This document shows positions 39,538 through 52,058 of a stretch of 64,000 nucleotides of DNA, piece by piece. The DNA lies in the NCBI RefSeq assembly GCF_055900595.2, contig NZ_CM148325.1. One strand, written 5' to 3'. The notes below the pieces were generated by a model. The model worked only from the letters and a program-made list of their open reading frames with translations. It made no database searches and was not told the origin of the DNA. Position 1 is the first letter of the stretch. Every line of letters starts with the position of its first letter. The position numbers and the translations under genes are program-made.

Positions 39538-41028
39538 ATGAGTACTACAACCCAGAATATCCCGTGGTATCGCCATCTCAACCGCGCACAATGGCGCGCA
39601 TTTTCCGCTGCCTGGTTGGGATATCTGCTTGACGGTTTTGATTTCGTTTTAATCGCCCTGGTACTCACCGAAGTACAAGGTGAATTCGGGCTGACGACGG
39701 TACAGGCGGCAAGTCTGATCTCCGCAGCCTTTATCTCTCGCTGGTTCGGCGGCCTGATGCTTGGCGCTATGGGCGACCGCTACGGGCGTCGTCTGGCAAT
39801 GGTTACCAGTATCGTTCTCTTCTCGGCCGGGACGCTGGCCTGCGGCTTTGCGCCAGGCTACATCACCATGTTTATTGCTCGTCTGGTCATCGGCATGGGG
39901 ATGGCGGGAGAATACGGCTCCAGCGCCACCTATGTCATTGAAAGCTGGCCAAAACATCTGCGTAACAAAGCCAGTGGCTTTCTGATTTCCGGCTTCTCGG
40001 TGGGTGCCGTCGTTGCCGCTCAGGTCTACAGCCTGGTGGTTCCGGTCTGGGGCTGGCGAGCGCTGTTCTTTATCGGCATTTTGCCAATCATCTTTGCTCT
40101 CTGGCTGCGTAAAAACATTCCGGAAGCGGAAGACTGGAAAGAGAAACACGCAGGTAAAGCACCAGTACGCACGATGGTAGACATTCTTTACCGTGGTGAA
40201 CATCGCATTGCCAATATCGTAATGACGCTGGCGGCGGCCACTGCGCTGTGGTTCTGCTTCGCTGGTAACCTGCAAAATGCCGCAATCGTCGCTGTTCTCG
40301 GGCTGTTATGTGCCGCAATCTTTATCAGCTTTATGGTTCAGAGTACGGGCAAACGCTGGCCAACGGGCGTAATGCTGATGGTGGTTGTGTTATTTGCTTT
40401 CCTCTACTCATGGCCGATTCAGGCACTGCTGCCAACGTATCTGAAAACCGATCTTGCTTATGACCCGCATACTGTCGCCAATGTGCTGTTCTTTAGTGGC
40501 TTTGGGGCGGCTGTGGGTTGCTGTGTCGGCGGCTTCCTCGGTGACTGGCTGGGAACCCGCAAAGCGTACGTTTGTAGCCTGCTGGCCTCGCAACTGCTGA
40601 TTATTCCGGTATTTGCGATTGGTGGCGCAAACGTCTGGGTGCTCGGTTTGTTACTGTTCTTCCAGCAAATGCTTGGACAAGGGATCGCCGGGATCTTACC
40701 GAAACTGATTGGCGGTTATTTCGATACCGACCAGCGTGCAGCGGGCCTGGGCTTTACCTACAACGTTGGCGCATTGGGCGGCGCACTGGCCCCAATCCTC
40801 GGCGCGTTGATCGCTCAACGTCTGGATCTGGGTACTGCGCTGGCATCGCTTTCGTTTAGCCTGACGTTCGTGGTGATCCTGCTGATTGGGCTGGATATGC
40901 CTTCTCGCGTTCAGCGTTGGTTGCGCCCGGAAGCGTTGCGTACTCATGACGCTATCGACGGCAAACCATTTAGCGGTGCCGTGCCGTTTGGCAGCGCTAA
41001 AAACGATTTAGTCAAAACCAAAAGTTAA
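39538..41028 (+). CDS. nanT: Sialic acid:H+ symporter NanT (MFS)
   Basis: 496 aa from [36 protein letters not shown].... Confidence 0.95.
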
Positions 41029-41074
41029 TCCTGTTGCCCGGTCTTCTACCGGGCCTTTCGCTAAGGGAAGATGT

Positions 41075-41760
41075 ATGTCGTTACTTGCACAACTGGATCA
41101 AAAAATCGCTGCTAACGGTGGCCTGATTGTCTCCTGCCAGCCGGTTCCGGACAGCCCACTCGATAAACCTGAAATCGTCGCCGCCATGGCATTAGCGGCA
41201 GAGCAGGCGGGAGCGGTTGCCATTCGTATTGAAGGTGTGGCAAATCTGCAAGCCACGCGTGCGGTGGTGAGCGTGCCAATTATCGGGATTGTCAAACGCG
41301 ATCTGGAGGATTCTCCGGTACGCATCACGGCATATATTGAAGATGTCGATGCGCTGGCGCAGGCAGGCGCGGATATCATCGCGATTGACGGCACCGACCG
41401 ACCGCGTCCGGTGCCTGTTGAAACGCTACTGGCACGTATCCACCATCACGGTTTACTGGCGATGACCGACTGCTCAACGCCGGAAGACGGCCTGGCATGC
41501 CAAAAGCTGGGAGCCGAAATTATTGGCACTACGCTTTCTGGCTATACCACACCTGAAACGCCAGAAGAGCCGGATCTGGCGCTGGTGAAAACGTTGAGCG
41601 ACGCCGGATGTCGGGTGATTGCCGAAGGGCGTTACAACACGCCTGCTCAGGCGGCGGATGCGATGCGCCACGGCGCATGGGCGGTGACGGTCGGTTCTGC
41701 TATCACACGTCTTGAACACATTTGCCAGTGGTACAACACAGCGATGAAAAAGGCGGTGCT

Positions 41761-41764
<4 letters not shown>
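41075..41764 (+). CDS. nanE: N-acetylmannosamine-6-phosphate 2-epimerase
   Basis: 229 aa, [30 protein letters not shown].... Confidence 0.95.
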
Positions 41765-43097
<1,333 letters not shown>

Positions 43098-43116
43098 AAC
43101 TTAGTTCGTTTTAAAG

Positions 43117-43141
43117 ATTCTGCAGACACTGTCTGCAGAAT
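43117..43141. repeat. Perfect palindrome ATTCTGCAGAC-ACT-GTCTGCAGAAT between the converging yhcH and yhcG; probable bidirectional terminator hairpin
   Basis: 11-bp perfect arms with a 3-nt loop. Same core (CAGAC-N3-GTCTG) as the three palindromes inside yhcG. Confidence 0.7.
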
Positions 43142-43156
43142 TCGAAACCGCTGAAA

Positions 43157-44284
43157 TTAACGGCGTCTATAGCCTTCCTCTAGCACCGCCTGTGTTCGAA
43201 CGAGTTCATCCGCGAGTCGTTTTTCATCAGGTAGTTGCATCTTATATTCGCTCGCCAGAACGGTGTTAGGCAAACCAGCCAGTGCATAATGCGCTTCGCC
43301 GGCTCCTTTCTCTGCACAGAGAACCAGACCGATGGGCGGATTTTCATCCGGTAGTGTCCAGTGCTCTTTGGCGTAGTTGAGATACATATTCATCTGTCCG
43401 GCATCGCTATAGCTGAATTTGCCCACTTTTAGATCGACGATTAGCAGGCAGCGTAAACGGCGGTGGAAAAACAGCAGATCGACACGAAACCAGTTGTCAT
43501 CAATGCGTAACCTTCGCTGCCGACCAACAAAGGCAAAATCATCCCCAAGTTCCAGCATGAAATCCATCAGGTGGTTGATCAGCGCCTCCTCAAAATCGGA
43601 TTCTGAGTATTCATCTTTCAATTCCAAAAATTCGAGCACAAAGGGATCGCGTATCGCCTGTTGCGGAAGAATATGCGTCTCGGCAGGGGCGTGTTGTTGC
43701 AGCATGGCTGATTTGTCATATGACAGTAGTGTCCGCTCATAAAATTGGGTCGCAATTTGCCGCTCTAGCTGGCGGACAGACCAACCACAGCGGAGCGCCT
43801 CTTTTTCATAAAAGCTGCGGGCGTCAGCGTTTTTAACGGAAAGTAGACGGACGTAGGTGGACCAGGGCAGTGGGAAGGATTTGGCAGACAGCGTCTGCCA
43901 AATCTTTGCCGATGGGAATTCTGCAGACGGTGTCTGCGGAATTCCCAATGGTGTTAATTCGCCAGACACTGTCTGGCGAATTTCAACATGTTGAAAAAAG
44001 AGGTAAAAAAGCCTCATTTGGCGTAAGTTTTTTGCAGAGAACCCACGCTTATACCTTAGACTTAAATCCTTTGATAGTCGCTTGATTAGCTGCGCACCAT
44101 ACGCAGCTCTGGCCTCACCACCTTGTTCAAATTCGACAATCCGTCGGCCAATTTCCCAGTATGTCGCGGTCATCAGCGCGTTAACGCTACGTACCGTTTC
44201 CGTTCGGGCGCTATCGACCAGATGAATAATGCCGTCGTGGATTTGCTGGTAGCCTGCTGTGGTTCCTTCTGAGAGCGATTCCAT
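43157..44284 (-). CDS. yhcG: YhcG, DUF1016/PD-(D/E)XK nuclease-family protein
   Basis: 375 aa. A C-terminal PD-(D/E)XK-like region (..VDLLFFHRRLRCLLIVDLKVGKF..) is present. Confidence 0.85.
   Translation of the reverse strand: MESLSEGTTAGYQQIHDGIIHLVDSARTETVRSVNALMTATYWEIGRRIVEFEQGGEARAAYGAQLIKRLSKDLSLRYKRGFSAKNLRQMRLFYLFFQHVEIRQTVSGELTPLGIPQTPSAEFPSAKIWQTLSAKSFPLPWSTYVRLLSVKNADARSFYEKEALRCGWSVRQLERQIATQFYERTLLSYDKSAMLQQHAPAETHILPQQAIRDPFVLEFLELKDEYSESDFEEALINHLMDFMLELGDDFAFVGRQRRLRIDDNWFRVDLLFFHRRLRCLLIVDLKVGKFSYSDAGQMNMYLNYAKEHWTLPDENPPIGLVLCAEKGAGEAHYALAGLPNTVLASEYKMQLPDEKRLADELVRTQAVLEEGYRRR
43878..43904. repeat. Intragenic palindrome A inside yhcG (GATTTGGCAGAC-AGC-GTCTGCCAAATC)
   Basis: Perfect 12-bp inverted arms around a 3-nt loop. 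Confidence 0.8.
43914..43946. repeat. Intragenic palindrome B inside yhcG (GGGAATTCTGCAGAC-GGT-GTCTGCGGAATTCCC)
   Basis: 15-bp inverted arms with one mismatch. Confidence 0.8.
43956..43982. repeat. Intragenic palindrome C inside yhcG (AATTCGCCAGAC-ACT-GTCTGGCGAATT)
   Basis: Perfect 12-bp inverted arms. Confidence 0.8.
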
Positions 44285-44467
44285 TATCTTTCCCTTTATA
44301 TGGCGCAGTGTTGAATAATGGAATCAGCTATACGCCGGGCATCTGCCGGTAACAATCCAGATGTGCGTATTACATTGGTTTTCTTAAGATTATGCGAGGC
44401 GCTTTCCAGAAAGAAAGGAGAATTTCAGCGCCGACTCTTTTCTGAGGAGGCGGCGCTGGGACAGAGC

Positions 44468-45898
<1,431 letters not shown>

Positions 45899-48800
45899 TT
45901 ACTGCGCCTGCACGCGCAACTCTGCTGCGCTACGACTACGGTGACCCAGCAGTGCTTTTACATCACTGGACTTCGGTTTAACCAGCGCAAATTTCGTGGC
46001 GAAGGTTGACCAGTTAGCCAGAATCTCTTCACCACGCTGGGAACCGGTATGCTGAACATGCTCGGTGATAAGACCACGCAGATGCTCTTCATGGATCGCC
46101 AGGGAGTCAACGCTTAAGACCTCGACCAGTTCCGGGTTAACGCGTTTGCGGAAATCGCCGCTTTCATCGAGAACGTAAGCGAAGCCGCCGGTCATGCCCG
46201 CGCCGAAGTTAACGCCGGTTTTACCCAGAATACAGACAATACCGCCCGTCATATATTCACAGCCGTTGTCGCCAATGCCTTCTACCACGGTGATAGCACC
46301 GGAATTACGCACGCCGAAACGTTCACCCGCGCGGCCTGCGGCATACAGACGACCACCGGTCGCGCCATACAGGCAGGTATTGCCGATAATGCTTGCTTCA
46401 TGGCTGCGGAAGGCTGAGCCAACCGGAGGACGAATGGCGATTAAGCCGCCCGCCATGCCTTTACCGACATAGTCGTTGGCATCACCGGTCAGGTACAGTT
46501 CCACGCCGCCCGCGTTCCACACGCCGAAGCTCTGGCCTGCGGTGCCGTTGAAGTACGCTTTAATCGGATCGGCTGCCAGCCTCTGATCGCCGTGCGTCTG
46601 GGCGATATAGCCCGAAAGCGATGCACCCACGGAACGGTCGGTGTTGCGAATATCGAACCAGAAGGTTTTGCTCTGACGCTCATCGACAAACGGTTTCGCC
46701 TGTTGCAGCAACTGCGCGTTTAGCAGGCCATTATCAAACGGCGGGTTGTTTTCGGTGCAGTAGAGCGCCTTACCTGGATGCGGCTCAGCGGTCTCCAGCA
46801 GGCGAGACAGTTCCAGCTTCTGCTGTTTGGCGGTGAAACCGTCCAGCTCTTTGAGCAGGTCGGTACGGCCAATCAGGTCAACCAGACGGGTCACGCCCAG
46901 TTGCGCCATCAGCTCACGGGTTTCGCGGGCGATAAATTCAAAGTAGTTGGTCACTTTGAACGGCAAACCGTGATAGTGGTTCTTACGCAGTTTGTCATCC
47001 TGAGTTGCCACGCCCGTCGCGCAGTTGTTCAGGTGGCAAATACGCAGATATTTACAGCCCAGCGCCACCATCGGGCCAGTACCGAAGCCGAAGCTTTCTG
47101 CGCCGAGAATCGCCGCTTTGATGATATCGACACCTGTTTTCAGGCCGCCATCAACCTGCAAACGAATTTTATGACGTAAACCGTTGGCAACCAGCGCCTG
47201 TTGGGTTTCCACCAGGCCGAGTTCCCACGGACAGCCTGCGTATTTCACCGATGAAAGCGGACTTGCGCCGGTGCCGCCGTCATAGCCTGCGATGGTGATT
47301 AAATCGGCATAAGCTTTCGCTACACCTGTGGCGATGGTACCAACGCCCGGTTCGGACACCAGCTTCACGGAGATCATCGCTTTCGGGTTAACCTGCTTGA
47401 GGTCGAAAATGAGCTGCGCTAAGTCCTCGATAGAGTAGATATCGTGGTGCGGCGGCGGGGAGATCAGCGTCACTCCGGGCACCGAATAGCGCAGTTTGGC
47501 AATGTAAGGAGTGACTTTATCACCCGGCAACTGACCGCCTTCGCCCGGCTTCGCGCCCTGGGCGACTTTAATCTGAATGACGTCAGCATTGACCAGATAC
47601 GCCGGAGTAACACCGAAGCGACCGGACGCCACCTGCTTGATGCGTGAGACTTTGTTGGTACCGTAGCGCGCCGGATCTTCACCCCCTTCACCGGAGTTCG
47701 AGTTACCGCCGATGCTGTTCATCGCTTCCGCCAGCGCCTCGTGGGCTTCCGGGCTTAATGCGCCGATAGACATCGCAGCAGTATCGAAGCGTTTAAACAG
47801 TTCGCTTGCCGGTTCAACATCAGCAATGTTGACCGCGTTTTCACCCGGCGTAATCGCCAGCAGATCGCGCAGCGTGGTTGCCGGACGTTCATTAACCAGC
47901 TTCGCGTATTCCTGATAGTCGCTATACTCGCCGCTCTGTACCGCCTGTTGCAGCGTGCGCACCACGTCCGGGTTGTAGGCGTGGTATTCGCCACCGTGCA
48001 CATATTTCAACAGGCCGCCCTGGCTGATGGGCTTGCGCGCCAGCCAGGCACGTTTCGACAGATTCAGCAGATCCTGCTGGAAGTCTTCAAAGCTTGCCCC
48101 ACCAATGCGGCTGACCGCCCCCTGGAAGCACAGGCCCACTACATCATCGTGCAGACCGACCGCTTCGAACAGTTTCGAGCAGCGGTAAGACGCGATGGTG
48201 GAGATGCCCATTTTGGACATGATTTTGTACAAGCCTTTGTTGATGCCGTTACGGTAGTTGAGCATCACGGTACGATAATCTTTGGCAATCGCGTGGGTGT
48301 CTACCAGGCGGCCCAGCGTTTCATAGGCCAGGTACGGATAAATAGCCGTCGCGCCGAAGCCCAGCAACACGGCGAAGTGGTGCGGGTCGCGGGCGCTGGC
48401 GGTTTCGACGATGATATTGGCATCGCAACGCAGGCTTTGATCGACCAGACGAGTCTGGATCGCGCCAACCGCCATCGGAGCCGGAACCGGCAGGCGATCT
48501 TTAGCGATATTCCGGTCAGAAAGCACCAGCAGCACGGTGCCGCTACGCACCATCTGTTCTGCTTTGTCGCACAGCTCTTTGACCGTCGCTTCGAGCGTGG
48601 TTTTAGTGACGTCAAAGGTGATATCCAGTGTATTTGCGCGGTAGTGCTCCTCTTTCATCGTCGTGAGCTGTTTGAAATCGGAGTAGAGCAGAATCGGCGA
48701 TTTAAAGCTTAAACGGTGCGCCTGGCCTTCTGCTTCACAGAAGACGTTCATTTCACGCCCGATGCTGGTGGCGAGCGACATAACATGCGCTTCACGCAGT

Positions 48801-50452
48801 GGGTCGATTGGCGGGTTGGTGACCTGCGCAAACTGCTGGCGGAAGTAGTCGTAAATAATGCGCGGCTGGCTGGAGAGCACGGCGAATGGGGTATCATCGC
48901 CCATCGAACCGACGGCTTCCTGACCGTTTTCACCCAGTACGCGAATTACGGAGTCCAGCTCTTCCGCGCTGTAGTTAAACTGTTTCTGGTAGCTGGCAAG
49001 TGTGTCGTCGTCCAGTTCGCGGCTACCCACTTCTTCATCGGGCAGATCTTCAAACGGTACCAGACGGCGGACGTTTTTCTCCATCCACTCTTTATATGGA
49101 TGGCGGCTTTTCAGATCGTCATCGGTTTCTGCCGAGTGCAGAATACGCCCACTGCGGGTGTCGATAACCATCAGTTCGCCTGGCCCCACTCGGCCTTTTT
49201 CGACCACTTCGTCAGGCTGATAATCCCAGATGCCCACTTCAGAGGCGCAGGTGATGAGCTTATCTTTGGTGATGACGTAGCGCGCCGGACGCAGACCGTT
49301 ACGGTCGAGGTTACAGGCGGCAAAACGACCATCGGACATCACGATCCCCGCCGGGCCATCCCACGGCTCCATATGCATGGAGTTAAAGTCAAAGAAGGCA
49401 CGCAGTTCCGGGTCCATATCCGGGTTGTTCTGCCAGGCGGGTGGTACTAACAGACGCATGGCGCGGATGATATCCATCCCGCCCGCCAGCAGCAGTTCCA
49501 GCATGTTATCCATGGAACTGGAGTCAGAGCCGGTTTCGTTGACGAACGGCGCGGCGTCGTGCAGGTCAGGGATCAGCGGTGTCTGGAATTTATAAGTACG
49601 GGCGCGCGCCCATTGGCGGTTACCGGTGATGGTGTTGATTTCACCGTTATGCGCCAGGTAGCGGAACGGCTGCGCCAGCGGCCAGCGCGGTACGGTGTTA
49701 GTGGAGAAGCGCTGGTGGAACAGGCAGATGGCCGATTCCAGACGCAGGTCCGCGAGGTCCAGGTAGAAGCGCGGCAGATCCGCCGGCATACACAGACCTT
49801 TATAGATGTTCACCAGATTCGACAGGCTACAGACGTAGAAGTCTTTGTCAGCTTCGAGACGCTTTTCAATGCGGCGGCGGGCGATAAACAGACGGCGCTC
49901 CATATCGCGCGGACGCCAACCTGCCGGGGCGTTCACAAAAATTTGCTCAATGCGTGGCAGAGAGGAGAGGGCGATTTCACCCAGCACGCCTTCGTTAGTG
50001 GGGACATCACGCCAGCCGACAATCGACAACGTTTCGCGTTGCAGCTCTTCTTCAACGATGCGGCGTGCGGTCGCGGCGAGTTCAGGATCTTTATTCAGGA
50101 AAAGCATCCCGACGGCGTAGTTTTTCGCTAAACGCCAGCCTCGCTCCTGCGCAACAATGCGAAAAAAGCGATCCGGTTTTTGTAACAGCAAGCCGCAACC
50201 GTCACCGGTTTTACCATCGGCGAGAATCGCGCCACGGTGCTGCATGCGGGCCAGTGCGTGTATTGCAGTACGCACTACCTTGTGGCTAGGTTCGCCTTCT
50301 ATGTGGGCGATCAGGCCGAAACCACAGTTATCCCTCTCAAGGGATTTATCGTACAACATATCGTGAACCTCCCCCAGGCTCTGCGGGAACCCCACTTCCG
50401 AACCGCTGCGCACGGGCACAGAAAGAGCGTGGCGACGGGGTTTGCGTTTCAT
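45899..50452 (-). CDS. gltB: Glutamate synthase (NADPH) large subunit
   Basis: 1517 aa from MKRKPRRHALSVPVRSGSEVGFPQSLGEVHDMLYDKSLERDNCGFGLIAHIEG.... Start chosen to match the K-12 precursor length as I recall it. Confidence 0.95.
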   Translation of the reverse strand: MKRKPRRHALSVPVRSGSEVGFPQSLGEVHDMLYDKSLERDNCGFGLIAHIEGEPSHKVVRTAIHALARMQHRGAILADGKTGDGCGLLLQKPDRFFRIVAQERGWRLAKNYAVGMLFLNKDPELAATARRIVEEELQRETLSIVGWRDVPTNEGVLGEIALSSLPRIEQIFVNAPAGWRPRDMERRLFIARRRIEKRLEADKDFYVCSLSNLVNIYKGLCMPADLPRFYLDLADLRLESAICLFHQRFSTNTVPRWPLAQPFRYLAHNGEINTITGNRQWARARTYKFQTPLIPDLHDAAPFVNETGSDSSSMDNMLELLLAGGMDIIRAMRLLVPPAWQNNPDMDPELRAFFDFNSMHMEPWDGPAGIVMSDGRFAACNLDRNGLRPARYVITKDKLITCASEVGIWDYQPDEVVEKGRVGPGELMVIDTRSGRILHSAETDDDLKSRHPYKEWMEKNVRRLVPFEDLPDEEVGSRELDDDTLASYQKQFNYSAEELDSVIRVLGENGQEAVGSMGDDTPFAVLSSQPRIIYDYFRQQFAQVTNPPIDPLREAHVMSLATSIGREMNVFCEAEGQAHRLSFKSPILLYSDFKQLTTMKEEHYRANTLDITFDVTKTTLEATVKELCDKAEQMVRSGTVLLVLSDRNIAKDRLPVPAPMAVGAIQTRLVDQSLRCDANIIVETASARDPHHFAVLLGFGATAIYPYLAYETLGRLVDTHAIAKDYRTVMLNYRNGINKGLYKIMSKMGISTIASYRCSKLFEAVGLHDDVVGLCFQGAVSRIGGASFEDFQQDLLNLSKRAWLARKPISQGGLLKYVHGGEYHAYNPDVVRTLQQAVQSGEYSDYQEYAKLVNERPATTLRDLLAITPGENAVNIADVEPASELFKRFDTAAMSIGALSPEAHEALAEAMNSIGGNSNSGEGGEDPARYGTNKVSRIKQVASGRFGVTPAYLVNADVIQIKVAQGAKPGEGGQLPGDKVTPYIAKLRYSVPGVTLISPPPHHDIYSIEDLAQLIFDLKQVNPKAMISVKLVSEPGVGTIATGVAKAYADLITIAGYDGGTGASPLSSVKYAGCPWELGLVETQQALVANGLRHKIRLQVDGGLKTGVDIIKAAILGAESFGFGTGPMVALGCKYLRICHLNNCATGVATQDDKLRKNHYHGLPFKVTNYFEFIARETRELMAQLGVTRLVDLIGRTDLLKELDGFTAKQQKLELSRLLETAEPHPGKALYCTENNPPFDNGLLNAQLLQQAKPFVDERQSKTFWFDIRNTDRSVGASLSGYIAQTHGDQRLAADPIKAYFNGTAGQSFGVWNAGGVELYLTGDANDYVGKGMAGGLIAIRPPVGSAFRSHEASIIGNTCLYGATGGRLYAAGRAGERFGVRNSGAITVVEGIGDNGCEYMTGGIVCILGKTGVNFGAGMTGGFAYVLDESGDFRKRVNPELVEVLSVDSLAIHEEHLRGLITEHVQHTGSQRGEEILANWSTFATKFALVKPKSSDVKALLGHRSRSAAELRVQAQ

Positions 50453-51033
50453 ACGCGCGCCTCGCATTCGCCCCCTTGTTGTCCTTTTCGCATCGATTAA
50501 TACGGTGAAGAGGGGATCTCAATTACTGCATAAATATGATGAGCAGGCTGCTCATCCAGAAAGCTTCCAGCGGATTTCCAACTTATCGGGAAAGCTGATA
50601 CAGGTCAAATGGCAAGCTTATTGGTACAGAAATGTGCTTTAGCGCAAAATTCTTTATTAATTTATTGAAATTAAAAAGGATTTGTTAATTAAGTTGAAAA
50701 GAGGCGTCGTTAGGGAAACAGTCAATTCCTGACTGTCATAAAGGCGTGTTAACCCTTATCCTGCCTTGAACTGACGAGAAAGGCAGTATTTTATACTGCA
50801 TTAATTGGTAATGACGTTTCATGCTACTGTTTTTGCCTAAAATCCATAAGGAGATAAAAAAATCTGACACAAGATAAGCAAAAGTGATTTATGTGATTAT
50901 GAATGAAATTTCGGTAATTTTGATTGATTATGCAATTGATAAAAGCAGGCTGGGACGATTGATCCAGGTCATCGCCGAATTGAGCTAAAAATGGCAGGCT
51001 TTGGCCTCTTTTCAAGGCGCGGTCTATCAGATT

Positions 51034-51963
51034 ATGCAGTTACAGAAATTAGTCAATATGTTTGGTGGTGATCTCACCCGTCGTTATGGGCAAAAGGTGC
51101 ATAAGCTGACGCTGCACGGCGGTTTTAGCTGCCCTAACCGTGACGGAACCATCGGGCGAGGTGGCTGCACATTCTGTAATGTTGCCTCGTTTGCCGATGA
51201 AGCGCAGCAGCATCATTCCATTGCCGAGCAACTGGCGCACCAGGCGAATTTAGTTAACCGCGCTAAACGCTATCTGGCCTACTTTCAGGCGTATACCAGC
51301 ACCTTTGCCGAAGTTCAGGTGCTGCGTTCTATGTATCAGCAGGCGGTGAGCCAGGCCAATATTGTCGGTTTGTGTGTTGGTACCCGCCCGGACTGCGTGC
51401 CGGATGCGGTGCTGGATCTGCTTTGCGAATATAAGGACCAGGGCTACGAAGTGTGGCTGGAGCTGGGGCTACAAACCGCCCACGACAAAACGCTGCATCG
51501 CATCAATCGCGGTCATGATTTTGCCTGCTATCAGCGCACGACGCAGCTGGCGCGTGAGCGCGGGCTGAAGGTGTGTTCTCACTTAATTGTCGGCCTGCCT
51601 GGCGAAGGGCAGGCTGAATGTTTGCAAACGCTGGAGCGAGTGGTTGAAACCGGCGTGGACGGCATAAAGCTGCATCCGCTACATATAGTAAAAGGCAGCA
51701 TTATGGCGAAAGCCTGGGAAGCGGGGCGTTTGAACGGTATTGAACTGGACGATTACACGCTCACTGCCGGAGAAATGATTCGCCATACGCCACCGGAAGT
51801 GATCTACCACCGCATTTCCGCCAGCGCCCGTCGCCCGACGCTGCTTGCTCCGCTGTGGTGCGAAAATCGATGGACGGGAATGGTCGAGCTGGATCGCTAT
51901 CTGAATGAACATGGCGTACAGGGATCGGCGCTGGGACGTCCGTGGCTACCTCCAACGGCGTAG
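51034..51963 (+). CDS. yhcC: Radical SAM protein YhcC
   Basis: 309 aa from MQLQKLVNMFGGDLTRRYGQK..., with Cys-rich motifs (CPNRDGTIGRGGCTFC). Confidence 0.88.
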   Translation: MQLQKLVNMFGGDLTRRYGQKVHKLTLHGGFSCPNRDGTIGRGGCTFCNVASFADEAQQHHSIAEQLAHQANLVNRAKRYLAYFQAYTSTFAEVQVLRSMYQQAVSQANIVGLCVGTRPDCVPDAVLDLLCEYKDQGYEVWLELGLQTAHDKTLHRINRGHDFACYQRTTQLARERGLKVCSHLIVGLPGEGQAECLQTLERVVETGVDGIKLHPLHIVKGSIMAKAWEAGRLNGIELDDYTLTAGEMIRHTPPEVIYHRISASARRPTLLAPLWCENRWTGMVELDRYLNEHGVQGSALGRPWLPPTA

Positions 51964-52058
51964 GCCATTGAGGGGAATTCCGCATTTCTCACACAATTTA
52001 TAACGTAACTGTCAGAATTGGGTATTATTGGGGCAGGTTGTCGTGAAGGAATTCCCTA

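Noticed and set aside
43878-43982. Three adjacent palindromic repeats as a possible CRISPR array
   Set aside because: The repeats are not identical, there are only three, they lie inside the yhcG reading frame, and there are no spacers of regular length or an adjacent leader or cas genes.
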